Below, one piece after another: positions 47,564 to 57,209 of a stretch of 64,000 bases of DNA; the first letter of the stretch is position 1, and every line of letters begins with the position of its first letter. The translations under genes were made by a program, and so were the position numbers. The stretch is from an uncultured delta proteobacterium (GTDB lineage: Bacteria > Desulfobacterota > BSN033 > UBA1163), in assembly GCA_963827685.1 (NCBI GenBank), contig CAWHBU010000005.1, positions 310,994 to 374,993 of the forward strand. The letters run 5' to 3'. Below the pieces are notes generated by a model. It worked only from the letters and a program-made list of their open reading frames with translations, ran no database searches and was not told where the DNA came from.

Positions 47564-48592
47564 CTAAGAATCGCTCTTGAAGCCATTCTTGCTATAAATG
47601 ACCGAGGGGCCTTTTAGCACATCAAAATTCGCCTCCCTGAACATCTCGATGCAGGATTTCACATTCAGTCCCCTTCCTCTGGAGGTTTCTGTTTCGGTAT
47701 CCCTTGGATTCGCACCCACCTCGGCCCAAAAGAGATTTGCTCCTGAAACCGCACCTAATAGATTGGGTTCATGAGTACAATTTCCTACAAGGTCTCTGCC
47801 CATCGCCAATCGCACGACGGCAACCAGAAAAGCCAATCGATACTCACTGATCATTCCATATTGTTCCAGCTCAGAACCCGGAATGCTGATTCGCCGCATG
47901 GCACCGCTAAAACAAGGGTTTATTTCTCTCCCAATCAGAATTTTTTCTGCGATCTCTTCAATGGAATGCTCCGGACCGATAGGCTCCACGCATGTTCCAA
48001 TCAACAGACCCGCCTCACGAGCTGCCCGGATGGTATTCAATCGAACCTGTGGATCGATCTGGGTATCTCTCCCTTCACCCATCCTCACAGCGTGATATAT
48101 TCCAGTATAACCAGCTTCTTTTAGTTGCCTACCTTCCTCATACCCAAAATCCCCTATATTCGCTATCATAACTGTATCAGGTTTTAGTTTCGCCCTGGCC
48201 TCTTTTGATATTTCTATGTATTTCCTAAATGGATAATCATGAGTAGTCATAAAAAATATTGCATTGGCCTCATCGGCTTCGGCCCTAAGTGCCAACAGAA
48301 CAATGTCTTCGATATTAAGTTCCTGGGACTCGTTAAATACTCCATTCTTGGCAGCAAACGCACAAAATGAGCAATTATTCGGGCAGGGGGAAAGATTCAG
48401 TCCGATCTGGGCATGGACCTCTGCTTTACCTTTTGAGGGAATTCGATTGACGACATTGGCAGCATTCATTATAAATCCGGCATCCAAAGATTTACGGTTG
48501 ATGCTTAGAAGATAGAGAATCTCGTCCCTTGTAAGGGAATGCCCATCGAATACCTTGCTCACAATATCCTCAACTTTAGCACTTACTTGCAT
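47564..48592 (-). CDS. BioB-like radical SAM protein
   Basis: CPNNCSFCAF, YHAVRMGEG, TCVEPIGPEH, GANPRD. Confidence 0.85.
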   Translation of the reverse strand: MQVSAKVEDIVSKVFDGHSLTRDEILYLLSINRKSLDAGFIMNAANVVNRIPSKGKAEVHAQIGLNLSPCPNNCSFCAFAAKNGVFNESQELNIEDIVLLALRAEADEANAIFFMTTHDYPFRKYIEISKEARAKLKPDTVMIANIGDFGYEEGRQLKEAGYTGIYHAVRMGEGRDTQIDPQVRLNTIRAAREAGLLIGTCVEPIGPEHSIEEIAEKILIGREINPCFSGAMRRISIPGSELEQYGMISEYRLAFLVAVVRLAMGRDLVGNCTHEPNLLGAVSGANLFWAEVGANPRDTETETSRGRGLNVKSCIEMFREANFDVLKGPSVIYSKNGFKSDS

Positions 48593-48605
48593 CTTTCTCC
48601 CTTAT

Positions 48606-49325
48606 TCATTTTGTTAAAGTGACAAGTTTTACTCCCGTCACTTCCTTAAAAGTGGCGCCTTCGCTGATCGAACGAATTACCTTTTCTGCATCGATCACCT
48701 TTGTGCCACAAATGGCCTCGATGCCATAATCGAAGAGCATAGAGGAAAGGGGAGACGTTGGCCCGACCAAAACAACATATGCCTTTTTACAAAGATTGAG
48801 AAGCCCCTCAATCGTATGATTAATGAAAGAGGTTCCTGTCATGCCTACAACATCACACTGGGGTAAAATCCGGATTGCCTCCTTTGCAGGCAGATCTCCC
48901 TCTCGAATCCTCTGTTCGAGAACCCAGAGATTCTGCACCTTTGCTTTCAATTTCGGAATCCAGGGAAAGTGACCCACGATCGCTACATTTTTCCCCTGAC
49001 CTTTTTCCAGAATGATCTCAAAGGCATTCTTTTCAATGCATTTTGATTCATCGATATCCACCAGTGAATTGATCGTTGCCATTCCGATAGATGCTTCCAA
49101 GAGGCTATCGGACCTGGCATATTCAGCCAATTCCAATGCTGTCTTGCGGGTGAGGTCCCCAACATCTCTTACACCTCGCTCATGTGAAGGCCCTTCATCT
49201 CTGAAGGTGGAGGAGAGACCACAGTGTTTGCTGATCACCGCTGTCCAGAAGACACAGGTATGGACACTCTTGACTGGAAAGTCATTTCCTTTGAGGCTTA
49301 CTATGAGATCATCGAGTATTTTCAT
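48606..49325 (-). CDS. DUF364 (putative heavy-metal chelation) protein
   Basis: ASIGMATINS, VAIVGHFP, TGTSFINHT, VGPTSP. Confidence 0.85.
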   Translation of the reverse strand: MKILDDLIVSLKGNDFPVKSVHTCVFWTAVISKHCGLSSTFRDEGPSHERGVRDVGDLTRKTALELAEYARSDSLLEASIGMATINSLVDIDESKCIEKNAFEIILEKGQGKNVAIVGHFPWIPKLKAKVQNLWVLEQRIREGDLPAKEAIRILPQCDVVGMTGTSFINHTIEGLLNLCKKAYVVLVGPTSPLSSMLFDYGIEAICGTKVIDAEKVIRSISEGATFKEVTGVKLVTLTK

Positions 49326-49390
49326 CTTTCTTGACCTCTAATGGCTTCGCCCGATGTCCCTGTTCTTTTTCCTAACAAAATTTTGTCAGG

Positions 49391-50032
49391 CTATTCTCCT
49401 TTTTCCGCGTAGATCAGTTTGGATTGCCCGGTAGGACTCATCTGTCCCGCGACCTTTTTAAAACGTCCTCCCAATATCGTTTCTTCTTCTCCGAGAAACT
49501 TCCTCGCATCCTTTGAGCCGAGAAACAAGATACGGATATAAAAGAGCAAGCGAGGAATTCGTCTCTGGGGCTTGGCATGCTCCATCAGACACAATCTGCC
49601 GCCATCCATTAAAACTCTTGCCACCTCGTTAATTGCCTCTGTCCTTTCATAGCCCTTCAATTCATAAAACGCATGTGAGCAGGTAACCCCATGAAAGGAG
49701 CATTCCTTGAAGGGGAGTTGACTGGCATTTGCTTGCACCAGGTAGACTCCATCGATCTTGGAATTTTTGGCTTTTTCCTTAGCTTTCTCAATCATCCCAT
49801 ATGAAAAATCGAGACCGATCACCAGACCCTTTTCCCCCACCTGTTTAGCCAATTCGATGGCTACCGAACCCGTACCGCTGCAAAGGTCCAAAGCCCTGTC
49901 TCCTTTCGATAGATTTGTCTTCTCGCTGATAGATCTTCGGAGCGTGCCCTCGATATCCCGGGAATGCAACCGGATGATGAAGTCGTAGAAATTAGAAAAA
50001 ATATCATAGTAGAACTGTCTCACGGAAATCAT
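49391..50032 (-). CDS. Class I SAM-dependent methyltransferase (UbiE-like)
   Basis: ALDLCSGTG, GLDFS. Confidence 0.85.
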   Translation of the reverse strand: MISVRQFYYDIFSNFYDFIIRLHSRDIEGTLRRSISEKTNLSKGDRALDLCSGTGSVAIELAKQVGEKGLVIGLDFSYGMIEKAKEKAKNSKIDGVYLVQANASQLPFKECSFHGVTCSHAFYELKGYERTEAINEVARVLMDGGRLCLMEHAKPQRRIPRLLFYIRILFLGSKDARKFLGEEETILGGRFKKVAGQMSPTGQSKLIYAEKGE

Positions 50033-51114
50033 GTGGAGCTCTTTTCTTGCCTTGATTTTGACTCAATAACAGGGTTCAAAATGGCCATGGCAAAGTCTTC
50101 GGAATCGACTCCCGGGGATTCGATTCCCCTCTCTCCATAAAAGGCCTCTACTCTTTCGATGAGGCGATCCTTTTCTAAAGGAGCTCTTTCCAACGATTCC
50201 TCTAGACCTTTGAGGGACTCTTTTGGGTGGAAGGTAAAATCACCTGAAAGGGTGATGCCTTCAATCTTTTTCCCAGAAATTTCCTCGGCGGTTCGAACCA
50301 GACCCCCTCTGGCCTTGTGAAGGCCATAATATATTTCAACTCCTTCTCTGATTTTTACCCCCTTTGGGATTTTGGGAGTCTTTTTATACAGAAATTCTTC
50401 GGAGGTCATCCATGATTCTAACTGCTTCATCTTTCCAATGACCTTTGCATTTAATGATGCCGGTTCTAATCTTCCTACCTTCCTTTCAAATTTCTCTTTT
50501 AGAACAGCAACCACTTCCTCTCTCGAGGGAATCGTTCCCAACTCCCTTTTCATTGTTGTCAAATTTTCTTCCATTGATTTAAAAACCTTATCCCTGAATT
50601 TTTCATCCGGAACCTTTAATATTTTGCTCATCGCCTCATAATCGAAATCGAGGAGAATACCGCCCACAAAGACCATACATTCTTCGATATTTCCTCCCCC
50701 TCCCCCTGCAATCTTTCTTCCTTCCTTCGTAACAATATCATTGATCGCCCGATATTCTGCCTCAATCCCAAAAGATCTGTACGTTTCGACAGGAGCTTCG
50801 GAGAACCAAGGAAAGGTGTCCTGAATGGCCTTTGGAAATCTGGAGTTATCCCTCTTCCAGATCAATTGATAGAAGATCTGATTTTCATCGAGATAGGTTG
50901 CGCCCCCTCCTACCTCTCTCCGCATAAACGGGATCCCCGATCCCTTGCAATATTTAAGATCCACTTCCTGTTCGGCATCCTGAAAATATCCAATGCTCAC
51001 AAGAGGGGTCTGGGAAGAGACGATGACAAGGGACTCGATGCCCATTCGTGCAAGGACATGGAAGATGAGCATGGACTGCTGTTCAGGAAGTTTACCGAGA
51101 TCAAATAGAAGCAT
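50029..51114 (-). CDS. Lipoate-protein ligase A family protein
   Basis: VSIGYFQD, RREVGGGATYLD, NDI..RKIAG, KARGGLVR..ITLSGDF. Confidence 0.9.
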   Translation of the reverse strand: MLLFDLGKLPEQQSMLIFHVLARMGIESLVIVSSQTPLVSIGYFQDAEQEVDLKYCKGSGIPFMRREVGGGATYLDENQIFYQLIWKRDNSRFPKAIQDTFPWFSEAPVETYRSFGIEAEYRAINDIVTKEGRKIAGGGGGNIEECMVFVGGILLDFDYEAMSKILKVPDEKFRDKVFKSMEENLTTMKRELGTIPSREEVVAVLKEKFERKVGRLEPASLNAKVIGKMKQLESWMTSEEFLYKKTPKIPKGVKIREGVEIYYGLHKARGGLVRTAEEISGKKIEGITLSGDFTFHPKESLKGLEESLERAPLEKDRLIERVEAFYGERGIESPGVDSEDFAMAILNPVIESKSRQEKSST

Positions 51115-51124
51115 ATTCTTCTCC

Positions 51125-51595
51125 TTACTCCCGCAATGTGGCAATAAGCCTCTTGGGTTTCAAAAAGAGATCTAAGGCATCAGAAATATTCTTCATAACG
51201 ATATCAGCATTCTTTATCGCAGAAACGGACAATCCTTCTTCTCCTAAAACCGCAATGCCCAAAGCGGCTTCTTTCAGAATGAGATGATCATTGTTTCCGT
51301 TTCCGATAGCAACCGTCCTCGTCGGGTCCAGGGATTCCATAACTCTTAATTTCACTTCAGCGCTATCTTCTTCGGAAACCTTAAGCAATTCCACGTCCAT
51401 ATCTGAACTTTCTTCGCCGGCAGTCCCCTGAGTATCAGCGGTGAGTAAGTAAATTTTTGCTTCATTGGATAGGCTATTTATTTTCTCTTTCACTTCCGAA
51501 GGAATTTTTCCGTCTGTGGCAATCGTTCCGTTCAGATCCAGGACAATATTCTCAATCTGCATATCTCCCCAACCGGGAATGTTTATGTTGATCAT
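51125..51595 (-). CDS. HAD-family hydrolase (soluble P-type ATPase-like)
   Basis: LDLNGTIA, LTADTQG, AIGNGNND. Confidence 0.88.
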   Translation of the reverse strand: MININIPGWGDMQIENIVLDLNGTIATDGKIPSEVKEKINSLSNEAKIYLLTADTQGTAGEESSDMDVELLKVSEEDSAEVKLRVMESLDPTRTVAIGNGNNDHLILKEAALGIAVLGEEGLSVSAIKNADIVMKNISDALDLFLKPKRLIATLRE

Positions 51596-51606
51596 TTTCG
51601 CCCGCT

Positions 51607-52449
51607 TCAAACCTCCAGAACGCTTCCCACGCATCCATAAAAGAATCGGTCCCCGAATTCCTGGTGAAGTCTGAATGCGGCTCTCAGTCCGGTACAGTGG
51701 GAGACGCCAACCTTCCCAATTTCCATCCTCTTGAGAGATTTGATGGATTCTTCTAACTGTTCGGGGGTTAAAAAATCTAAGTGGGTGCCACCAACAATCG
51801 CGTAAAATTTTTGTTTCCCAATTTTGTTGATGACATGATTAATGATATTGATCATACCGGCGTGGGCACAGCCAAGGATCAAAATAAGACCTTTCTCAGT
51901 ATCCAGAATAACAGATTGATCATCCAAGAAGGGATCCTGAGTCGTTTTTCCGTCAATCTCACTGAAGAGCCTTGGATCTGACTTTTCAAAATTGGTTTGT
52001 CTCGGCACTTCCCCTGTCAAAAACAATCCCTTCTCTACCTCGTTAAAATCTGTATTGAAAACAAACTGAGCCCCCAAGGATTCTAAGTAACTCTTCTTAT
52101 AATGAATGCCTATAAACCTTTTTATCTCCTTGCCTTCCTCCTTGAAGACAGCAATCCGATCTAAGAAGACATGGGGATGGGCGTGAACATCTACTTTTCC
52201 TTTCAACTTGAGGACTTCGGAAAGACCTCCGGTGTGGTCATAATGGCCATGGCTCAAAAAGATCTTTCTTATGCTCTTCAAATCTTTGTCCAGAGTGAGA
52301 CTGTTTGGCACGATGGAACGGCCACTGCCCGTGTCGAAGAGATAATTCCCCTTATCCGTTTCAATAAAAGCAGAAAACCCGTGTTCACCAGAACCAACCA
52401 AATGACCCACCAAATTATCACATAATATCGTAATCCGAGTTTTCATCAA
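51607..52449 (-). CDS. MBL-fold metallo-hydrolase (7,8-dihydropterin-related family)
   Basis: GEHGFS, LFDTG, SHGHYDHTGG, GCAHAG, GGTHL, HCTG. Confidence 0.88.
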   Translation of the reverse strand: MMKTRITILCDNLVGHLVGSGEHGFSAFIETDKGNYLFDTGSGRSIVPNSLTLDKDLKSIRKIFLSHGHYDHTGGLSEVLKLKGKVDVHAHPHVFLDRIAVFKEEGKEIKRFIGIHYKKSYLESLGAQFVFNTDFNEVEKGLFLTGEVPRQTNFEKSDPRLFSEIDGKTTQDPFLDDQSVILDTEKGLILILGCAHAGMINIINHVINKIGKQKFYAIVGGTHLDFLTPEQLEESIKSLKRMEIGKVGVSHCTGLRAAFRLHQEFGDRFFYGCVGSVLEV

Positions 52450-52458
52450 TTTCTCTCC

Positions 52459-52893
52459 TTAACCTTCGATCAATTTAATAATATTCCCTACCGTTACCAC
52501 TCCGCTTTCGATCACCTTACAAAAAACACCTTCCGTTGGGAGAAGAGAGTACCCCTGGTAGCGATAGGTATGAGGCTGAGATGGATCTTTTCCTATTTGA
52601 ACTACCGTAAGTTTTGCCTCACCCACCTGCAATTGAGATCCGATGGGAAGGGAAGTCAAATCTATCCCCTCCGTGGTGATATTTTCTGCAAAATATCCAG
52701 GTTCCACGGACATACCGGTCTCCTCGCATAGTCTGTGGATACTTTCGATTGCCAGAAGACTGACCTCTTTTTTGGTTCCAGCATGGGAATCGCCCACCAA
52801 CCCAAACCCCCATTGGAGAAAACCTTTGCCCACATTCTTCTTTGGATCAGTCCTTCTTTGACTCATGCACACGCCTACAACTTTACCCACCAT
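52459..52893 (-). CDS. MOSC-domain protein
   Basis: GLVGDSHAG..VSLLA..PGYFAENITT..QIGK..GVF. Confidence 0.85.
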   Translation of the reverse strand: MVGKVVGVCMSQRRTDPKKNVGKGFLQWGFGLVGDSHAGTKKEVSLLAIESIHRLCEETGMSVEPGYFAENITTEGIDLTSLPIGSQLQVGEAKLTVVQIGKDPSQPHTYRYQGYSLLPTEGVFCKVIESGVVTVGNIIKLIEG

Positions 52894-52894
52894 T

Positions 52895-53071
52895 CTATGC
52901 TCCTTCGGCGATGGCCTTTTCAGGGCATTCATCAATACATGTCCCGCAGTCGACGCAGGTTTCCTTGTCTACCACCGCTTTTTCATTCTCCACCTTAATG
53001 GCTTCTACCGGACAACCCTCCGCACACGTCCCACAGCCTGTACATTTTTCCAAATCAATGATGACTGCCAT
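52895..53071 (-). CDS. 2[4Fe-4S] ferredoxin (58 aa, below the track cutoff)
   Basis: MAVIIDLEKCTGCGTCAEGCPVEAI..TCVDCGTCIDECPEKAI; RBS GGAGG. Confidence 0.92.
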   Translation of the reverse strand: MAVIIDLEKCTGCGTCAEGCPVEAIKVENEKAVVDKETCVDCGTCIDECPEKAIAEGA

Positions 53072-53348
53072 GTTTCCCCTCCTTTTGAATTTTTATCTTT
53101 TTATACTCTCCAATGATCCCATTGGCACAATAAATCCCACCGAAAAAAAGAATCCCCCCTCCAATCAGAAAAAGCCACATGAAAACTCCCACTCCCATAA
53201 AGACAATGGCGAGTAAAGAAACGATGTAGCCAATGACGGGATAAAGGATCCCATATCTTTTGGGCTGGTTTTGAATAGGCGTCCAATCAAATTCGATCAC
53301 CTCATGTTTATAGTGCTTCCTGATCTCTTCAAACACCTTTGGTTCCAT
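53055..53348 (-). CDS. Small membrane protein
   Basis: Two hydrophobic helices; RBS GGAG. Confidence 0.6.
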   Translation of the reverse strand: MEPKVFEEIRKHYKHEVIEFDWTPIQNQPKRYGILYPVIGYIVSLLAIVFMGVGVFMWLFLIGGGILFFGGIYCANGIIGEYKKIKIQKEGKHGSHH

Positions 53349-53372
53349 TTCATCTCCCTGCCAACCCGGGAC

Positions 53373-54149
53373 CTATTGGGTTCTACTGTATGGACAGATC
53401 CTGTTCAGCCCCATTAACTGGCAAATCCCTGCTCCCGTCACCCCGTAGATCAAGTAATCCTTTCGATCATTCTGTACACCTCGCATGATGGGATCGAAAG
53501 TTCCGTTGACAATGGTCGTCCCTGTGATCAGGATGACATCAGATTGTTTAATTAATTCTTCTGTCATTTCGTTGCCATCCCATACCTTTACTCCATATTT
53601 GAAGGAATTTACGTTTTGTTTATTGAGGTCGGTGATCCTAACATTTTCCATGCCAAAAGTCTCGGTGAGATTCTCGGCAATGGCTGGATTCAAACCGATG
53701 AAACCCACCCTGACTTTTCCCCACCGTTTCAGGAGTTGAGAAGCAATTTCTTTCCCGCATCTTTCAGGATCTTCGTCTTTACAGTGGATCGTATTCTCAA
53801 TGAGATTGAGGTACTTGAAGGTAGCATTGAGCGTCGCCACATAGATGCTTCGCTCTCTATTTGATGTGAGAGGAAGATGAAGTACTCCTTTTAAATCACC
53901 CACAAATTCTCCAGGGGAATCGGTGAAGGCGTGAGCCCTGGCCCCAAGAACTTCTGCTTCAACCACCCTCTCCTTTCCAAGAATAATGGGAAAGTCCCTC
54001 CTTCCCGGCTCACCAATAGCCTCTTCAGGGGTCAGAGTTTTTACCAGGACGGATACCCTCACATCATCCAATCTATTTTTTCTGGCTATTTCTAAAAATT
54101 TATGCTTTGATTCTAATAAAATGCCGTCCTCTTTAGACTCTTTCAGCAT
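53373..54149 (-). CDS. DUF364-like protein
   Basis: LTPEEAIG.P.RRDFPI, HCKDEDPERC, ITGTTIVNGT. Confidence 0.8.
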   Translation of the reverse strand: MLKESKEDGILLESKHKFLEIARKNRLDDVRVSVLVKTLTPEEAIGEPGRRDFPIILGKERVVEAEVLGARAHAFTDSPGEFVGDLKGVLHLPLTSNRERSIYVATLNATFKYLNLIENTIHCKDEDPERCGKEIASQLLKRWGKVRVGFIGLNPAIAENLTETFGMENVRITDLNKQNVNSFKYGVKVWDGNEMTEELIKQSDVILITGTTIVNGTFDPIMRGVQNDRKDYLIYGVTGAGICQLMGLNRICPYSRTQ

Positions 54150-55188
54150 ATCTTAATCCTCTCAATTTTATTATCCCGAAGACTTCCTTTCCTTCTTTGA
54201 AGTTCATTTCGAGAGCTGCTTCCCTCGATAATTCCGCAACTAAAATACTTCCACTTACATCAACCTTTACCCGAGACACCGATGGATTATTTATGATCTC
54301 AGTGATTATCCCCTTGAATCGGTTCACCTCCGGCCCTGGGGGTTTAATAGACGAAAGGTAGATATCCTGGGGAAAGATAGCTACTTTTTTAATTCTGCCA
54401 TTACCTTCATAAGGCAAAACCAAATTCATATTCTCTATGAAGAGCTCAATAAAACCTGGGGCCAATATATGGCAATGATCACAATTTAGAATGTTTGGCA
54501 TCCCGATAAATTCTGAAACATTTTCGGTTTTTGGGTTAAATATGAATTCGTCGGGCGATCCTATCTGTTCTATTTGCCCATTATGGATGAAGGCAATTCT
54601 ATCTGCCATCTCTTCGGCTTCGAGGAGATTATGTGTTACATAAATTGTCGTTATTTCCAATTTCTTCAATAAGGATCGTAGCTCTGCCCTCAGATACTTA
54701 GAAGTTTGGGGATCCAGACTGGACATCGGCTCATCCATAAGTAAAATCTTAGAAAAAGGAGCAATGGCCCGAGCCAGAGCTACCCTCTGTTTTTCTCCAC
54801 TACTTAAGCTCCTGGGGTATCTATCTTTTAGGGGGTTTATATTTAAAAGATCCAGCAACTCATTAATCCTTTTTTTAATAATTTCTTCAGAATATCCTTG
54901 GGCTACAAGGCCGTAGGATATATTTGAGGTGACCGAGAGATGAGGGAATAGAGCTAACTCTTGAAATAGAAAGCCTATCTCTCTTTTATTAGTCGGAACC
55001 TTATCTATTTTTTTACCATCGAAGAATACTTCCCCTCTGTAATCGGCAAATCCAGCTATAACATTAAGTAATGTGGTCTTACCTGCCCCATTTGGACCCA
55101 CTAGAACCAGTAATTCCCTATTTAGCACATCAAGACTCACATTTTTGAGAATATAGTTGCTTACCCCTCTAATCTCTATAGAAGGCAT
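54133..55188 (-). CDS. ABC transporter ATP-binding protein with TOBE domain
   Basis: GPNGAGKTT, LSSGEKQR, MDEP, C-terminal TOBE-like strands. Confidence 0.9.
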   Translation of the reverse strand: MPSIEIRGVSNYILKNVSLDVLNRELLVLVGPNGAGKTTLLNVIAGFADYRGEVFFDGKKIDKVPTNKREIGFLFQELALFPHLSVTSNISYGLVAQGYSEEIIKKRINELLDLLNINPLKDRYPRSLSSGEKQRVALARAIAPFSKILLMDEPMSSLDPQTSKYLRAELRSLLKKLEITTIYVTHNLLEAEEMADRIAFIHNGQIEQIGSPDEFIFNPKTENVSEFIGMPNILNCDHCHILAPGFIELFIENMNLVLPYEGNGRIKKVAIFPQDIYLSSIKPPGPEVNRFKGIITEIINNPSVSRVKVDVSGSILVAELSREAALEMNFKEGKEVFGIIKLRGLRYAERV

Positions 55189-55257
55189 GCTATCTCCATA
55201 TCTGCTTAGAAAATACAGTCATGACCCTAATGGGTCATCAACAACCGTAAAAATAGC

Positions 55258-55306
55258 CTTCCCCCTTTCCCTCTCCCCAATCTGGGGGAAAGGGGTGGGT
55301 GAGGAG
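55258..55306. repeat. REP-like palindrome
   Basis: ccccctttccctctccccaatctgggggaaaggggtgggtgagg. Confidence 0.55.
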
Positions 55307-55374
55307 GTATTTTCTACGCAAATAACTTATTAATCTTGCACCTCTCTTTGGTAAAGGGGGAGACGGTTGACATA

Positions 55375-56139
55375 TCACTTCCATTTAGCAGTAATTTTTG
55401 CCTCCATATAGGCAAAGAACTTTTCGAAGGAAAGACACATCAACGATAAGACCATTAGGCAAACAATGATGATGTCAATTCGCATGAGACTCTCAGCTTT
55501 CATCATCAGAGCGCCAATCCCAGTAGGTATGGCAACCATCTCTGCTGCAATTATCACTCGCCACGCCATCCCTGCTTCTAACCTCAATCCGGTGAAAATA
55601 TTTGGTAGTGCCAGAGGCATAACCACAGTTGCTAAAATCCTTATATTGGATGCTCCCAGAGTCTTTGCTACCTGAATGTAGTTCTTATCTACATTTCTAA
55701 TGCCGGTTACGGTATTATAAAGTACCGGGAAAAATGAGCAGATAAATATGATAGAAATAGGCAAGACCTCATTTATTCCTATCCACAACATCAAAAGAGG
55801 TAACCAGCCGAGGGCAGGAATAGGATATATCAGGCTGATGATGGGATTCAGTGCCTTGTTTATAACATCCCGCCACCCCATTACAATTCCTATTGCAATG
55901 CCTGCTATAGAACCACCGGAGAAGCCAATGAGAACTCGTGTCAGACTACTCAGGAAGTTTTTGCCCAACACTCCGTTGGTTGTCAAATAGTAAAACTCCA
56001 ATACTACAATGGAGAAAGGGGGGAAGAAGAACTGCCCCGGGAATAGATTTAATCGGGCCACTATTTCCCATATAGCCAGAAATACGGCAACAGGTATTAT
56101 CCCCCACCCCGGTTTAAGCTGTTTAAGCCTTTTCATCAC
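55375..56139 (-). CDS. ABC transporter permease (TauC/SsuC type)
   Basis: SLTRVLIGF, PIPALGWLP, AKTLGAS, IAAEM. Confidence 0.9.
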   Translation of the reverse strand: MMKRLKQLKPGWGIIPVAVFLAIWEIVARLNLFPGQFFFPPFSIVVLEFYYLTTNGVLGKNFLSSLTRVLIGFSGGSIAGIAIGIVMGWRDVINKALNPIISLIYPIPALGWLPLLMLWIGINEVLPISIIFICSFFPVLYNTVTGIRNVDKNYIQVAKTLGASNIRILATVVMPLALPNIFTGLRLEAGMAWRVIIAAEMVAIPTGIGALMMKAESLMRIDIIIVCLMVLSLMCLSFEKFFAYMEAKITAKWK

Positions 56140-57140
56140 TTAAGGAATCTCAAATCCAGAATATGCTCAGCGTTAAAGCTATTCTTTATATAACCAAGCC
56201 CTGCTACATAATCTATTGTCCCCTGAACTTCCCTGGGGTCAATATCAGTGGTATATTCCAGCCTGCCCATAGACCGTAACAAAACTTTAGGGGTGATTTC
56301 CAACTTGGCAGCCACCTCCGCTGCCCCAGCCGGGAAGATTTTACCCCCAGCGACTTGCAACTGCCTGGCCATGACCTTGGCTGCCTCGTCAGGGTGCTGG
56401 TTAGCCCAATGCGTTGCCTTCCTGGAAATCTTTACCATTTTCCCTACAATTTCAGGATAGTTTTTTATTAGATCCTCTTTGGCTACCAGAACGCTACCTT
56501 GCATCTTCGGCCAGACATCCTGACTCATTTGCAGTATTTTAAATCCTGATTCCTCAGCCATTGTCGCCCAGTGTTCAGGAAGGAAAGCGGCGTCTAATTT
56601 CTCCGTCCTGATTGCCAGAACTTGCATTGGCGGGTTCATCCGCTGAATTTTATCTAACAATTTATTTTGATTAAGACCATACTTATCTATCGTCTTACGA
56701 AGGATTACATCCACAGCCCCGCCTACCTGGACGCATCCAATGCGAATGTCAGGCTTTTCTAAATCCTTGACTGTCTTTACCTTGTCGGGATTAACCACTA
56801 AGCCGTAGCCATACTTATGCGTTCCAGCCACTATCTTTATCGGCACCCTAGCATTGGCATAAGCATTTATGGCTGGGACCAGACAGATATAAGCAATCTG
56901 AATATCACCTCGAGCTAAAGCAGCAGCTAGAGCCATACCAGTCACATAGCTCTCATAGGCAGTTAGCTTCAGCCCTTCCTCCTCAAACCATCCCTTATCC
57001 TGACTTATATATGCGCAGGCAGCGTGGTCCGTGAATTCAACAGCCATGCCGATAGGTGCCTCTCTTTTTTCCGCCCATCCCTTAATGGGAATAAAAATCA
57101 GTAGTCCTACAAAAAGGAAAATAATCCTCTTTTTCACCAA
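56136..57140 (-). CDS. ABC transporter substrate-binding protein (NMT1/TauA-like)
   Basis: Signal peptide, KGWFEEEGL, DAAFLPE. Confidence 0.85.
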   Translation of the reverse strand: MVKKRIIFLFVGLLIFIPIKGWAEKREAPIGMAVEFTDHAACAYISQDKGWFEEEGLKLTAYESYVTGMALAAALARGDIQIAYICLVPAINAYANARVPIKIVAGTHKYGYGLVVNPDKVKTVKDLEKPDIRIGCVQVGGAVDVILRKTIDKYGLNQNKLLDKIQRMNPPMQVLAIRTEKLDAAFLPEHWATMAEESGFKILQMSQDVWPKMQGSVLVAKEDLIKNYPEIVGKMVKISRKATHWANQHPDEAAKVMARQLQVAGGKIFPAGAAEVAAKLEITPKVLLRSMGRLEYTTDIDPREVQGTIDYVAGLGYIKNSFNAEHILDLRFLK

Positions 57141-57209
57141 TCTGTTCCTCCATAATACAATTTTTATAATCCCTGTATCTAATATCTTTTTGTGTTTAGC
57201 TGATAATGT

